A stretch of 59,490 bases of DNA, filler included, from Sphacelaria rigidula (GCA_964200075.2; 8 parts of 8 records of this genome joined end to end with filler, not necessarily neighbours in it); one strand, 5' to 3'; counted from the first letter of the whole stretch, positions 24,611-38,335 are shown. Numbers and translations are program-made. The notes: generated by a model not told the origin, from the sequence alone.

Positions 24611-24849
24611 GCGAGAAACAGCGAGCTTATTCGTTAAACTGCAACCTTCGCCTCGAAACAGTTTCGCCAGCTGACAGCTCAGGGATATCCACGGGTTCCC
24701 CCCGGGGCGGAGGATGATTTTTGAGGAGGGGAAGGGGATGTATCCATGATTTTGCATGCCGTATTCAAATGATCATTAAACTCGAATCCCTGCAAGGCTG
24801 GGAAGGAGCACGCCGTGTTTTCGCCAGACCAGGCTCGACATCACCAAGA

Positions 24850-24883
<34 letters not shown>

Positions 24884-27177
24884 TTTCCTTCGCAAAACAG
24901 GGGGGAGGATAGTAAGGTTCACACGGAGCGTGGANNNNNNNNNNAGCAGAACGAGACGGTGAGAAGAAAGGGGGAGGTTGAGGACGGAAGGGGGAGGGGG
25001 TGGGTGGGATCGTGCGAGGGGGCATCTATTCGCTGAACAACCGGAAGGCTCATGAAGTTAAGCACGTGACTTGAAAGGAAAATTCAAGCCAGGAACAAGG
25101 GCCGAGAGGAGGGGAATGATCATTTTGGTACTCGCGCTGAGTCAGAGTGGTCACTTTGTTCCGCACGTCGGATAGGTCATGATCCGTCTGGAATAACTAG
25201 TCAAAGAAGACTCTCGAATCTGTTGGTCCAAACGCACAGAGTGTCGACCGCGGAGTCATGAAAGACAAAGCGCAACCTTTGCGCTACTCGGAGTGCTCAG
25301 CGTCTGGCGCTGTATGGAGCTAACATGAAAAAGGGAGGCCAACTAATCCGGATCAAAAACCGGATCAGTATACTGAGTAAAAGTTATTTCAGAGAGATGA
25401 TGACCTGTCTGACGTGTGCTTTGTTCCCCTACAGACGACCAAACTCGCAGAGAAGCTGGACTCGACCATTTGGGTGACGACCTCAACCGTACAAAACACG
25501 GGCAAAGAGGACGTGCTTTTCGCTCCGCTCTTCGCCTCCTGCTTGGCACCTCCTATGCTGTCGACATAGCTTCACAGTGTCTGGTGATGTTCTAGAAACA
25601 GTAAGCAGAGACAGCAAGCAGCCTGCAGTAGACTGTTCCGTGGAGAGCGATGACACGCTGACTGATGTAGATAATCGTATCTAGTGCCTGATGATGAATA
25701 AACACGCGCTCGAGTACTAGCAGTACGGAGAGTGAAATATGTATATACCTGAGACGATCAAGATCAAAACACGCTCGACGTGTGCCAGCCCTGTCCCACC
25801 GGAACCAGGACTGCTGCTCGAGCACAGATGGGAGAACGTGCATAGTCTTCATACTTCGAAGGTATATCACTGCGAAGGGGAATGCCCGCGTGCGCCAGTC
25901 GCCAAGCATGAAGACATGCACGTCAAAGAAACAGCACAGCGAAGACACATTTCCACATATTCACAAGCAGATGACTCGTGTCTCACAAATGATCAGGGGT
26001 TCTCGAGCAGTAATTCCGAGAAATATGCCCAACATCTGAAAAAGGCGCTTCGTCTTTCGAGAAAACAGCTGTCCTGAACCCCACAGGTGCCATAGGTCAT
26101 CCGAGGTAATCCGCGGGAGGTCACAGCCCAAGAGTCAGCAGTAAGAGCGTATGAACGGGTGTTATTATTCGTTGCACAGCGTACGCGACAGAGGATCACA
26201 TCAAATCCCCTTACATAGCGTACTCTTGGATGCTACAGGACCACACCCATAGGACGATACACAATGGCCTGAACATAGCTGTACACCTTGGATGCTCGAC
26301 CCCTCCATCAGATCGACCTGAAACAGTCTCGAGGTGGACCGCTGAAAATATTGCCGCGTGAAAAAAAAAGTATACCGGAATGCCGGCACCATATCTGTGA
26401 CTGGTTGTACTCGTAGTGGGCCCGAGTATAAAAATTCTTGTACGTTTGAATAGTCACTTTGCTTGTTTACTTCTCGACCGCGGGTGAAGTCACCACCCTG
26501 AAACTCGATGGACTATAATTATGGGACACAACACAGGCAACATGCGCACCGCAGAACAGCTCATTTCGGCCACCGAGTAAACTCAAATAAGCGAATACCG
26601 ATATACCATCGATACGCCCTCAAAACGGCTACATAGCAGTCAGGTTGTGTACACCGTGAGTGAATGCATAAGCGGGCATGGTGGTGCACTCGCTTCCACA
26701 TCATCAGCACCTGGGAGGGTGCAGTACTGGCTCAAGGACACAGATCAGTACGGCACCCCCATTCGATGATGACGGATATTTAGGAAGTCGTTCCGGTGTA
26801 GCCTGTAGAGATGCCCAGCGCGGGAGGCACCGTCACACGTGCGCCGTCGTCGCTGCAGGGCATCGAGACTTCGGTAACATCCCATGTAAACTACAATCAA
26901 CAAGCTCATGTGTCTGGAATCTGACGTTGGGGGCTGCAACAGTACTATACGCGAGGGGATGAAAAAAACTCACATCCTGTTCGGAAAAAATATGTCACTT
27001 CATCTTTTTTTTTGGCGCAGGACTGACAAAATGGGAGAAAATAATTTGTTCTAATTACATCACATTTAAAAGTCAAAGATTAGGAACTACGGGATATCCA
27101 TCGTAGTCTTAGTGTCAAGGAGTGGCACTCGCGATCAGAGGAAGGAGTGGCACTCGTCATCAGAGAGGAGCTGCGTT

Positions 27178-27480
27178 GGCCGCATGTTATGGCGAACAGA
27201 TTTTTGGCCCACGGATTGTTCACTTTCATGACGTTTGACCCACCTTTTGACCCCCAAGCCGAGAGAACCACCAACACACGTCTCGGACACTTCGCATCAC
27301 CCCACAGAGAGGAGCCGAGCCTAGTCTGCTTTTCAGATTCGCTTGGCTCCGAGCTTCGAAATTGGTACAGATTTTTACGCGCAAAATTTTGTTCCGCGGC
27401 TTGGGGGTCAAAAGTCGAGTCAAACGTCCCAAAGGTGGACAGTCCGTGGGCCAAAAATCTATTTGCCATAACATCCGGCC
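27178..27480. mobile_element. MITE with ~85-bp GGCC-starting TIRs and TT/TT flanks
   Basis: ggccgcatgttatggcgaacagatttttggcccacgga versus tccgtgggccaaaaatctatttgccataacatccggcc. Confidence 0.85.
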
Positions 27481-29514
27481 TTTGTTCCAGTATCTGGGTT
27501 ACCGGAATCAAAAGTTGACGGCTAAAACTATTCGGAAATGATATCTGCTGCACGAGGGGTTGATCCCACAGCCGCAAGGGACATTGACCTTGGAATGACA
27601 CATATCCAGAATGGACGGTGTATGGCGAGCACCGATTTTCGGATTAGGCCAGTATGCGTCACCCATACGGAGATGCAGACATGTTCCTCTTCCGTGTCCC
27701 TGTTTGCAGACCATGAGGTGTGCGAAACCATCGCCGTTATGTCACATGCACACGGACTCTCCTCGTGCTGTATAGAGGCGTCTGCTCCCCACCCGCAATT
27801 CTACAAGCAATCATTCATCTGCGCATGCACACTCTTCCTGTGGGATGTCTCAGTCCATACTGATAGATGTTGGAAAACTTTTCTGTTCCAAATATATGAC
27901 GCGCCCCGCATGTACCAACTACACTATCTGACCAGCGAGACACCTCGACGAATCTTCACCTTCAACCCCTTGACCCCGAGGGTAGATCATCTGGGTCACG
28001 CTGTATTTTTTCCACTTGAATTTGATACCGATTCAACAAATGACCTATTCTTGCTGCCAAACGGTTACTCGTACGAGGGTCTTATCGCACGGAAAAAATG
28101 CAGAATATTTCCAGTCGAGGGAATATGTGATTAGCAGGAGCGAAATAATTCCGACTGCTACACTGAATTAAATTGAATCATACATTAATCATGATACATT
28201 TGAGATGACGAACATCGAACAGAACAGGAAAGGCTCAGGGTTTGGAGCGTCTGTATCGCTGATACCGAACATCGAAGCGATTGCTTTTCAACACGCTGAG
28301 AAAGCGATAGGCAGACGTAGAAGCAGGAGTGCAGAACGGCGGCCTGGACATCCAGCCAGCTGACCGTTCGATGGCAGGCAGCGATCCTGAACTCACGGCG
28401 TGACAGTTAGCCCCCTAGTGGGATATGTTGTGACGTGCGGTCGTTGCTGTGATGTAAGCGTATCCAACAAAAGGGATGGGATACTACTCTCCTGCCACCT
28501 GTTCTTCACAGACCCATGCTTGATACCCGTTAGAGAGGTGACGCTTAGCTCGGCAAAACCAACGGGTCGCCGTAATCACCCTAGCATCAAGTCTTCCCGT
28601 CTTGATATCACAAGCCCCGAAGTCCTGATTGTGGCACCTATCGGAGCAGTGCTTGACGCAGCTCACGCATGTATTGATGCAACGCACACAGTGCTTGCAT
28701 TCCTCCGGGTAGAGCCAGTGCCCGGTGAAGCCAGTGCGCCATGATAGTACCATTGATAAAAGTAACGTATAATGTGAATGCTGCTGTCCTCCAGTTTTAC
28801 ACACACTTCAGCAGCCCAAGTGCTTGTCTTCTGGTAACTGTTGCCATTCGCGGCGAGTAGGTCTTTGCTCGATAGGGACGTATGATGGACTATGAATACG
28901 TATACGTACAGCATGAAAATTGAACATCACGTTAGCCTCTTCTATAATAGTTCAAAAGTCGCCAATAAAATACTCGTGGCGATCCATGCTTCCTCTCGCG
29001 AAGAGCGTCGTGAAGCCGTACGCAAGGCCTATCTCGAACCTGCAACCCCTGAAACACACAGAACGCGTTGTCGTTGTTTGAATACCCTCGTGAGTGAAAC
29101 GCGAGCTGCGAAAAAGTCAGCTCGTCTTGATTTGTAGGGGAACATCATCGTAGTTTTTTTCTTCTGTTCTGTTCAAAGTTTCATCTCCTCGGCTTCCTCG
29201 GGACGAATCCGAGCCCCAGGGGATTAATCCGTGGTCCCAGCGGATCAACACTTCTTTTCCAGGGTACACGCCCTACATTTTGGTATAGTCAGTATCGCGG
29301 ATTGGAGTAGCAGTCCTGAAAAGTATCTACTAACGTCTGACCAACTCAGCTGAGCAGACCCTGATTGCTCGTCGCGTCCTGACGCTTTCAAAAATGAGGA
29401 GCATATAATCCAAGTCAAACCGAATTGAACCCGCGTTCTCCCGGCTCCTGAAAGTGGTTAGAACTCCTGTGTGCACCACCGGGGCCCGGCGGCTTCATTT
29501 GCGTACGATTATTC

Positions 29515-29696
29515 CAGGAGTGGTTTGACACTGCTGAACGCAACCTCACCTACAATCGATCACTCTGTAATCGATCTCATCGAACAGCTGCCGGAGCACA
29601 CATCGCTCGCGGCGGAGCCCTCGATGGCAGAAGTGAAGCAAGCGGTGGGCAAACTGGCGAACGGTAAGGCCGTTGGGATGGACGACATCTGTGGCG
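29515..29696 (+). pseudogene. Non-LTR (LINE) RT N-terminal fragment, cut by the contig end
   Basis: LLNATSPTID...EPSMAEVKQAVGKLANGKAVGMDDICG matches the LINE EV..A...L..GKA.G.D.I motif. Confidence 0.85.
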
Positions 29697-29796
29697 NNNN
29701 NNNNNNNNNNNNNNNNNNNNNNNNNNNNNNNNNNNNNNNNTTAATTAATTAANNNNNNNNNNNNNNNNNNNNNNNNNNNNNNNNNNNNNNNNNNNN

Positions 29797-32520
29797 GCGA
29801 GTGGAGAAGGATGTCGGACCCACTTCTGAGCCTTTTTTTTTCGTGCAACCAAATACCCCCCCCCCTATCGTAGGATGACTCGTATTGTCGAAGGCGCTTG
29901 ATGGCCCAAGTGATACTCCGCCTTCCAGTTCTAGAGGGCTCCAATTGGCCTCGTTGGGCAGGGTAGCTCGGCTGATATAGAGGATGGGTCGGACGGAACC
30001 ATCAACCTGAGGTTGATTCAAAACTCCTCCAAATCCGTTTGTGCTGGCGTCAGTGTGGAGTTAGAAAAGGCGGGAGCCATCTTGTACTGCCTCCCAATCA
30101 GAAAAGCAGAGTACCGGCTTTTCGGTGAGCGTCGTGAGTAATTCGCGGGTGATATTCTCTATTTCGGTCGTAGAGGAAAACACTGCTCCTTTCTTGAGTA
30201 ACTCAGTATGGGAGCGAATCCGTTTCTCAATTCGGCAAAAACCTTGTGGTGAGGATAGTCCGCCCAACAATCAGCGAAGTTGAGAAATGTTCGTTGGCAT
30301 CGGCAAGTCAGTCATCGCTTTGACTTTGTTTGTTTCCGGATGCAGGCCTGCTGGCGAAATGAAATGCTCCAAGAAATCCAAGTCAGTCGCGCCAAGGCGG
30401 GCTTCGGATGGAGACAGTTTCAAATCGTGCGTGCGTAGGCGAGAGAGAAATTCTCGTAGAGTGCGCATATGTGCAATAGGTGAGGCATTGAAAGCGATAG
30501 CGTCATCCAGGTACATAATGATGTGCTCGAGGCCCTCGATGACGCGTTGCATTAAGCGTTGAAAGCATCCCGGGGCAGTGGCGGCGCCTTGTGGCATTCG
30601 AAGCCACTCATAGAGTCCGGACGAGGTACAAAAAGCCGTCAGTGGGACTGTGTCAGGGTGTATAGCATTCTGAAAAAATCCAGAAGCGAGGTCGAAGGTG
30701 CTGAATAGTTTTCCTTCGCCTAAGGAGTCGAATACTTCATCAATGCGGGGAATTGGAAGTTAACCGACCACGGTGACGCGGTTCAACCGTGAGGAATTCA
30801 CGGTTATGCGTATGTTCCCATCCTTTTTGGGGACGACCACAAGGGGCGAGGCCCAAGAAGAGGAGGAATGTTAGAGCTCGGAAATGGTTTGTCTAACCAT
30901 TAACCAGTTGAATGGTCACGCGTAGCGCACTCATTAACCAGGTAAATGGTGCATGATGGTTTCGGTCATCGAGCGGCGCAGCCGCGAGCCGAAAAGCTCC
31001 CCCCTGGCAGAGGGTGTACTCATGATCATGCATGCCATAGTCCAGAGGGGGGGGACGCTGGAGGCGCCGTGCCGGAGGCATGTTTGTACTCGAATTGGCT
31101 TCACTTGAGCTGAAAATACGTCATTTTGGGCCAATTTCAAGGACTGTATGTAGCATACGTAACCGGTAACGGCCTATAAAGCCGGAAACGGTAAATAATG
31201 GTTCGAAACCGTTATCCATTTTTTTCGTGTAACCATTTTCATTATCACCATTATAATGATAATGGCAAGTTATAACTGGCACCACTTCCGAGCTCTAAGG
31301 AATGTTGTATTAATCCCGCTCCCAAATACGCATCCAAGTTGGCCTTAACGTTCTTGGTAAGGATTGGGTTTGTTCGGTATGGCCGAGAAGAAATCGGCGA
31401 AACGTCGGGTTGGAGGGTAACCTCAAAGGGCAGCGTTTTGCAATGCCCAAGATCCGTCTTGGAAAGGAAAAATCGGTCTTGATACTGTAGCAGGACATCA
31501 CTGAGTTCTCGGATGACTGCCGGTTCCCAGCCGGGCCCACGAAGGTCAAAGTTGATGTCGCGCATGTGTGGAGGCAGTTGGTGTCACATCTGCAAGAAAC
31601 TATTCCGAGAATCTGGTGATAAGCGTTGAAGCACTTCAGCAGGAGCATCGGAATCTGACTGGGCAGGATCCACGGTGTGGACCTGGGGTGGAGTCGCAGA
31701 GGCGAGGTCGAAATAAGGTTCATCGACACAACGGACTGACGCAGCCGGAGATGTGGCGTTTGGCGCGGCAGACTCTGTTACGCATGTCTCGAGTGGGATG
31801 TGCATGAAGGGAGCAGCGGCGATTCCTCCAACATCGCCGGGTTCCCAGTTAGCACGACCCGTAAGTGGGAGGAGTTGTTATCCCGCCGACACAAAATGTT
31901 CTGTGTCGGCTGGTGCGCCAATACGGGGAATAACATTTCGGCAAGATAATGACCCGTAAGTGCTGGCATGCCATTTCGGCGAACTAGTGCAACTTCTAGA
32001 AGTTAGGGGTCGTCGGAGACTGTACTACCAACGCTACCGTTGTATCGTAGGTGGTAAGGAGCTTCGGGTGCTTGAGTATTCTTCTGGTAGGCCAGGGCGT
32101 CGTGGAGAGTACCAAAGTGCTCGAGGTTGAATTCTCCACGAGGAGTGGAATGTGGTGCTAGTGGTGGAAGCGTGCGGTAGGTACGTCTATGAAACCGCAT
32201 ATAGCCATCTCTGCCCAAAAATATGGCATGGTGCATTGTGCTGTCGGGGACAACGTATTCCCAGACTGCCAGGCTGGTAGGTCGAGTGGTGTTGTGAAAT
32301 AATTGCACACCGAGACGTGCGGATTTACGTGTCGTCAGTGGTGCGGCAGAATCACCGAAACCGCCGCATTCTCGAGGTTGGGTGGTGGTTTCGCAAGCTG
32401 CCGTAGCAGCGCCAGTCTGTTTCATGTGTTTCCATGCTGATTCTTGAATAAATGTTTGCGGGCTGCCGCTGTCCAGCAAGGATGCGCATTTTATCCGGAA
32501 GACCGATAGCCAGACTGGAC
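29797..32520 (-). pseudogene. Ty3/gypsy pol: protease, RT, RNase H (decayed, interrupted)
   Basis: LLDSGSPQTFI; PISSRPYRTNP; WASPLVVVPKKDG; FDLASGFFQ; MPQGAATAPGCFQRLM...MYLDD; LHTDASTNGFGGV...PILYISRATLPNEANWSPLELE. Confidence 0.95.
30872..31297. mobile_element. hAT-type MITE nested in the gypsy RT
   Basis: TIR TAGAGCTCGGAA...TTCCGAGCTCTA; perfect 8-bp TSD AGGAATGT at 30864-30871 and 31298-31305. Confidence 0.93.
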
Positions 32521-33404
32521 AACGGGTCTGAGCGGCATGACAACAGACTAATAAATGCATCTTCATGACAGGTTTGTCGCGCCTAGTAGTATGGGTTTTC
32601 GTTGTCCGCTGTTTCGTTGTTTTGGGATACTGAGCCGGTGCAATTTTCCATGAAACGTTGAGGGGGAGCATTACCACTGCTCCTCCTTCCTGTTTGTGGG
32701 TATTGGGCTACAGGATGGGCGGGGTGTGGGGTGCAGAGTTTTCCGTTCCGGTACCCTATATGTTATTGGCTTGCACGCTATTGCTCACGCCGGAGACTCT
32801 TTTCATGGACAAAGTAGTCTATGTCTCGTCGATTTGTCTATGCCAGGGTCCAGTTTCGAACAACAGCAGCTCTGTTCAAGTACTCACCAACACTATTTCC
32901 TATCAAGCACTAAAATCGGTGTCATCGGCCACTGTGTGTACGTTCGACAGATCTTGCACGTATGTGGAGGTGTGACGAGATTTAACCTTGCCGCCACCGG
33001 CAATGGGGGCGTTTAAGAGTATCAACCACCCACCACACACGAAACACGCGACAACAACGCCTAATTTACCTGCGCTTCAATGATTTCGAGGCGTTTTCCC
33101 TTGCTCATCAGGTGACCCTGGTTTTCCGGTGAACCGGTTAAACCGGCAAAAAAAACGAGTCAGCGTTTTCTATTCTGAGAATAGCGCCCCCTATCCGGTA
33201 ACCCCACACCTCTAGACTCTTGGGTTGGCGTCGAGTGGCAACGGCGCTGTAAAACGAGCCACCAAAACCTAGGAAATGTACAGACTGTCACCGTACATAT
33301 ACCGGGGACCGCTACTGGATGAAGAAAGTCCCGGACTGACAGACACAACATTCAAAACCCCAAACAACCCAAAGGTTTCCGCCCAGAAGTACACAAAATA
33401 GATA

Positions 33405-33915
33405 TAGACATGATGAACCGAAGCTGCTTTCTTTCCCCTAACCTTACTACTTCCTTTTCCTTAGCCAACCTGTTTTTCCTTCCTTTCTAGTATTTCCCCT
33501 CCTCTCTTTCTCTGCATTTCTCCCTTCCCCGTTTTTTGTATAAAGAAGCTAACCCTCCTTTTTCTGTAATCGACCATAGCACAGACCGGATATGGACGTG
33601 TGATAGAGAAGCTAACCTTTCTTTCTTTAAACGTCCAATAGACAGCACGGACATAGACATGGAATGAAGAAAATCACCTTTCTTTTTCTTTAACCTACCA
33701 TAACACAGCGCGGACATGGAAATGAAATAGAGAAGCTAACCCTCATTTTTCTCTAAGTTACCATAACACAGCGCGGACATAGACATGAAAAAGAGAAGCT
33801 AACCTTTCTTTTTCTTTTACCTACTATAACACAGCGCGGACATAGACACGAAATAGAAAAGCTAACCCTTCTTTTATTTAACCTACCATAACACAGCCCA
33901 TACACGAACGTGGAA
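33405..33915. repeat. Tandem array of ~59-bp units (~7-8 degenerate copies)
   Basis: Unit agagaagctaaccttt..tttaacctaccataacacagcgcggacatagacatgaaa. Confidence 0.85.
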
Positions 33916-34566
33916 TCGCGAAAAATAACAGATCTCCTGTCCCATATCAAGTCGGCAAAATACCGAGATTCACCGCCCAATACCATGACAACAAACGTAA
34001 GACAATGATAAATCCAAACCCTAGACATGTAAACAACAGCGTGCAGGTTGACCACCTTACATGCAAATCGAAAGTACAGAAGGTATAACCAGTACGGATA
34101 GGGTAGGGTCATGACCCCCTCCATGTCAAATTCACATGGAGGTTGGAGTCTCGTGGTGAGATACCAGTGAAACCCTACCGGCTTTCAGTAGGTGATGGAA
34201 GTCTGATCAGCCATTTCCAGAAATTTCCGACATCAGGTGCAAAAGGCGCCTATTGAAAGGAAAGAGTGGACAATGCATGACATAAGTGTCAAGACCTGCT
34301 GCACTCATGAAACAAACACCTTACCGATGACCGACCACATGACCTACGAGAAGGAGCACCAAGCGGTACGTAGACTATTGAGATCTCGAAGGATAGAAGT
34401 GTTCGGTAGAGTCTAGAGTTATTTGGCTTGAGCACTCACTGCTCAACCAAAAACGTAGAAGGCAATCTCGCACAGCGTCCGCTGTCGAAGATGAGGTCAC
34501 AGGAGCAGAAGTGTATACTTGTCCTTTATTGTCTCATTCATATCAGATCGGTCATGGGTCGGAAAG

Positions 34567-34597
<31 letters not shown>

Positions 34598-34611
34598 ACA
34601 CAGACACACAC
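34567..34611. repeat. (CA)n microsatellite
   Basis: Directly visible. Confidence 0.9.
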
Positions 34612-34949
34612 TGAAGACGGTGGGGCGAGAGATGCGAAGGTGCATCATCGTCGACTACTTCTCGAGCTACGGCAAACATCTCCTGTTTTATCCCGCAGAT
34701 ACGTACGGTATACCACAAGATAACTTCCCGTCGTTTCCGGATCATTCGAGAACAAAAAGTGAGAACAACGAACACTTTGAAGAACATTCCGAGATTGGAT
34801 GCGAACCGTCGTTCTACAGTACCATTCCTGTAAAACACCAGTACCGTTTCCCATCGGTTAATCCGCCACATTTTCCTCCGATAGTCTCGTCAGAATATCC
34901 TGGATCTTACTTCTACCGTGAGTGAAACCACACAATTAACACCCTCCCT
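34612..34949 (-). repeat. Probable PPT and 3' LTR of the adjacent copia remnant (left boundary uncertain)
   Basis: Minus strand reads AGGGAGGG|TGTTAATTG at 34949-34933, ~320 bp after the RNase H stop. Confidence 0.5.
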
Positions 34950-35262
34950 GATTTTGCACACTGGGAAATCAAACGCATGTCAAAAATTCGAATCAACACA
35001 CGAGAAAACATTTCAGACCACTTCGACCAAAAACCCGTTTCCTGTTCCTGAAGAAACACAAATCACACCCAAGCCATGACCGAAATATAGTTTGGCCTTG
35101 GCTATGACACGGGTCTCGTGAGGATGCGCTTTGCTCCTAATGAGACACGCTCAGCTACAGCCTCGCGGCCGCACCTCACTCCAAACGTTCATAGCTTGAC
35201 GTCGAAAGTACAAGGTCCAAGACTATAAACCGGTCTCACTTCAACTTTCAAGATTGTCAAAG

Positions 35263-36940
35263 TCACTTGATGTTCATCAGGACATTCCTGTGGTACCTGA
35301 AGCTACCAGCAGCCAAAGGTTTCGTCAAAACGTCTGCGTGCTACTGAGGAGGCTTGACATACTCCACTCGAATGATTTGTTCAGACACCGATTTCCTCAG
35401 AAAATGATGACGCACATCAATGTGCTTGCTGTTGTGGGAGCTTCGCGGATTTTTCGCGAGTTGAATCGCCCCCTGGTTATCCTCATACACCGCCAGTGGC
35501 ATACAAAATTTCTTCCTTTGCGGCTGCATAAATTTCAGCACCGTCTTCACGAACAGAGCGTCCTTCACTACGTCGCCCATCGCTACGTATTCAGCCTGAG
35601 TAGAAGAGAGAGTCACATGATTTTGGGTGCGAGAGAAAAACCCGACAACAGCCCCGCAGAAAATTATTGCCCCTCCCGACACTGAACGCCGATCATCCAA
35701 TTTCGCATAGTCAGCATCCGCATACGCCACCAACTCGTCACTCGAACCCCTAGTGTATGTAATTTCCAAGTCCACTGTTGTCTTGAAGTACTCGAAAATC
35801 CGCGACACTTTGCGCAAGTCCTCAGGCGTCGGGTTTTCGTTGTGGCGGAATGCAGCTCTCACGGCGTCAGCGATGTCCGGGCGGGTGTTGATGGAGAGCC
35901 ACATCAAAGACCCTAACGCCTCACGGTACCTCCCCTCGAAATCCTCTCCCTCATCCACCTTGAGGTCAGAAGAAACAAACGCAGGGGTTGCAGCGATCCT
36001 TTTGATCGAAAATCTTTCAAGAAACCGCTGAGTATACGCAGTCTGAGACAATTTGAGGGTCCCTTTCTCGAGATCGTGATTGTACTCACATCCTGCGTAC
36101 CAGACCAGCTCACCCAGGTTCTTCGTTGAAAAATGTGAGCTGAGATCCTCTGCCAACTTGTTGCACACAGACTCAGTACCCACAACGAACATGTCATCGA
36201 CGTGAACCACAACCAGAGCTTTGACGTCCTCGCCGCCCATCAGCCTGAACACACATGGATCTATCAAACTCTGTTCGAAACCCAGACCTTTCAGAGTTCT
36301 CCCCAGTTCCCGTATCACTCTCTAGCAGCTTGCTTCAAGCCATAAAGCGACTTGTGCAAATGCACGACAGTGCCAGATCGTTCACCCAAAACCTGGCGGT
36401 AGCCTCATGTACACGCCATCCTCTAGTTCCGACTGAACGAAAGCTTGCTCAACGTAGAAATGAAAAATCGCGTCTTTCCCTCTGCGCAAGCTACCGCTGC
36501 GGCTTCTCGGATAGTCGTAGTGGGTGGGGTTGGTGAGAAGGTCGGAATGTCGCCAAGTTGTTGCCGATCACCCCTAGAAACCAGTCGAGGCTTAGCCTTC
36601 ATCACGTAACCATGTTCATCGGTTTTCCACTGAAAGACCCACTTCGAATCCACTGGTTTCTCTCCAAACGGGGGTGAGTCAATTACGGTCCACGTGTTAT
36701 TGCGTTCTAGCCCCCCTACTTCCTTCTCCATCGCGTCCAACCACGCACTCTTGCACTTCGAACTGTTAACATCCTTCACAGACTTGGGGGCTGACTCCAT
36801 CATCTCATCAACAGTCACATATGGGATCAATTCCAGCCCAGACTCCCCTGAGTGTCTTGGGCCTTCTGTGCTTGCCAGCTGATCTAGGATCTTTTCTGTA
36901 GCCCACGAATCCCCCGTGGCTGTCCACAACGCATTATGAT
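35263..36940 (-). pseudogene. Ty1/copia RT-RNase H (few stops and frameshifts)
   Basis: WLDAMEKEVGGLERNNTW; SKWVFQWK..KAKPRLVSRG; VVHVDDMFVVG; YREALGSLMW..TRPDIA; AYADADYA..DRRSVSG; LSSTQAEY; EDNQGAI; SKHIDVRHHFLR. Confidence 0.96.
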
Positions 36941-36942
36941 CA

Positions 36943-37145
36943 AACAACAAATTGTGCGAATTGAGGTTTAACTCCGAGATGAGGTTCAAGCCTGAAACAG
37001 TGCTTTCCCGACACTTTCAGCGATGGTGCCCAGCGACGTTTTTGTCGGCCTAATGCCCCTCGACCGCGTAGATACTTTTTCAGCGCAATTTACCGACTCT
37101 GTGAACTTACAGCACTGACCGAAACCGTCATTTCCTCCCCTTTTT
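36943..37145. mobile_element. Left arm of the 541-959 foldback family, cut by the contig end
   Basis: Near-identical cgatggtgccc...tgtcggcctaatgcccctcga.cgcgtagatactttttcagcgca. Confidence 0.85.
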
Positions 37146-37387
37146 NNNNNNNNNNNNNNNNNNNNNNNNNNNNNNNNNNNNNNNNNNNNTTAATTAATTA
37201 ANNNNNNNNNNNNNNNNNNNNNNNNNNNNNNNNNNNNNNNNNNNNTTTGCCCCCCTTTTGGAAATCCATTTCGTGTTTGACCCCGTGTACCCTCCCCCTG
37301 GCCCCCCTGGTTTCTTCCAAACCCCCCCCCCCCCCCCCCCGCCCACCCTGTTTTTTGAAATATACAACCAACCCCTAACCCGTATAG

Positions 37388-37591
37388 ATTGACGTGAAAG
37401 CCATCGGGATCAATGATGCCGGGAAGATTCGCCTGAGCCGAAGAGCGGTGCTTCAGGATGAGAGGAAAAATGCCGGCGCGGGCAGTGCGTCATCAAAGGA
37501 GGGCCCAAATAGAGGGCGGAATCAAGCCCCCCCATCCAAGGCTGGGGGCAAGCCGGCAGTGGCGACTGCTCCTGCTGAACTTAGCCAGTAG
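37388..37591 (+). CDS. Terminal exon of an S1-domain protein, probably organellar polynucleotide phosphorylase (PNPase)
   Basis: Branch-like cctaac plus TAG acceptor. IDVKAIGINDAGKIRLSRRAVL resembles the PNPase S1 C-terminus and is followed by a low-complexity tail and a stop. Confidence 0.7.
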   Translation: MDVKAIGINDAGKIRLSRRAVLQDERKNAGAGSASSKEGPNRGRNQAPPSKAGGKPAVATAPAELSQ

Positions 37592-38335
37592 GGCGCAATG
37601 GATACGCACATGCGACAGTTTTATTGTTGTGTTTTTCGTTTCGTGGATTTAATTCCGAAGATGAGACTACGATGAATTTGGGGCTCACCGCGAATACGCC
37701 ACTCGATCAATTTTCGTCGGAGGAGCGTGGGATAGATGAGTCAAGTCAGTACTTGCCTGGTGGGTCGCATTTCGCCGCGAGTTTTCCTCTTGAAATTACG
37801 ATTTCGTGGGGGGAAGGGGGGAAGGGCAAGATGGATTTGCAGTCTACATAGACGTAAAGCTTGACCTTGGAACACGAGGTAATTTTTTTTTGCGGCAAGG
37901 GGAGACGCGCTGAGTTTCCTCTCATTCTAGCGTGACGTGAACATGTTCTTGAAATCTCTTTGGTTTTTCCTAAGGGGTGCTGTTGCAGCTCGATCGTTGG
38001 AAATACGAAATATTCTTTGTCGCGCTCATATGCTATGGTGAATTATATCAAGGGAGACTTTCGAAGGACGGCTTTGGCCGATGCCTCCAAGTGGAGCAAC
38101 GACAACTTTCTTGTCGAGAGTGGCGACTCCAAAAAGCACGTCCAGTACAACCGTAGTCACGAACCGAAATCAGTGGCCGTTGTTTGTTTGTACCGTCGCG
38201 GTACAATTGCTGTTGTGGGCTCCATTCTCCTGCCAAACGCAGGACACGTGAACCTGCAGTTTGTCGTGATGAAACAGTGTCGATGAAGCGAGCGATATTG
38301 TTCGCAGCAAGCGTTTCGCACAACCTACTTGTACC

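Noticed and set aside
25560..26960. Possible decayed coding sequence
   Set aside because: No recognisable domain or splice structure
28250..29140. Cys-rich minus-strand ORF as a transposase zinc finger
   Set aside because: The spacing matches no family I can name, and there is no catalytic domain
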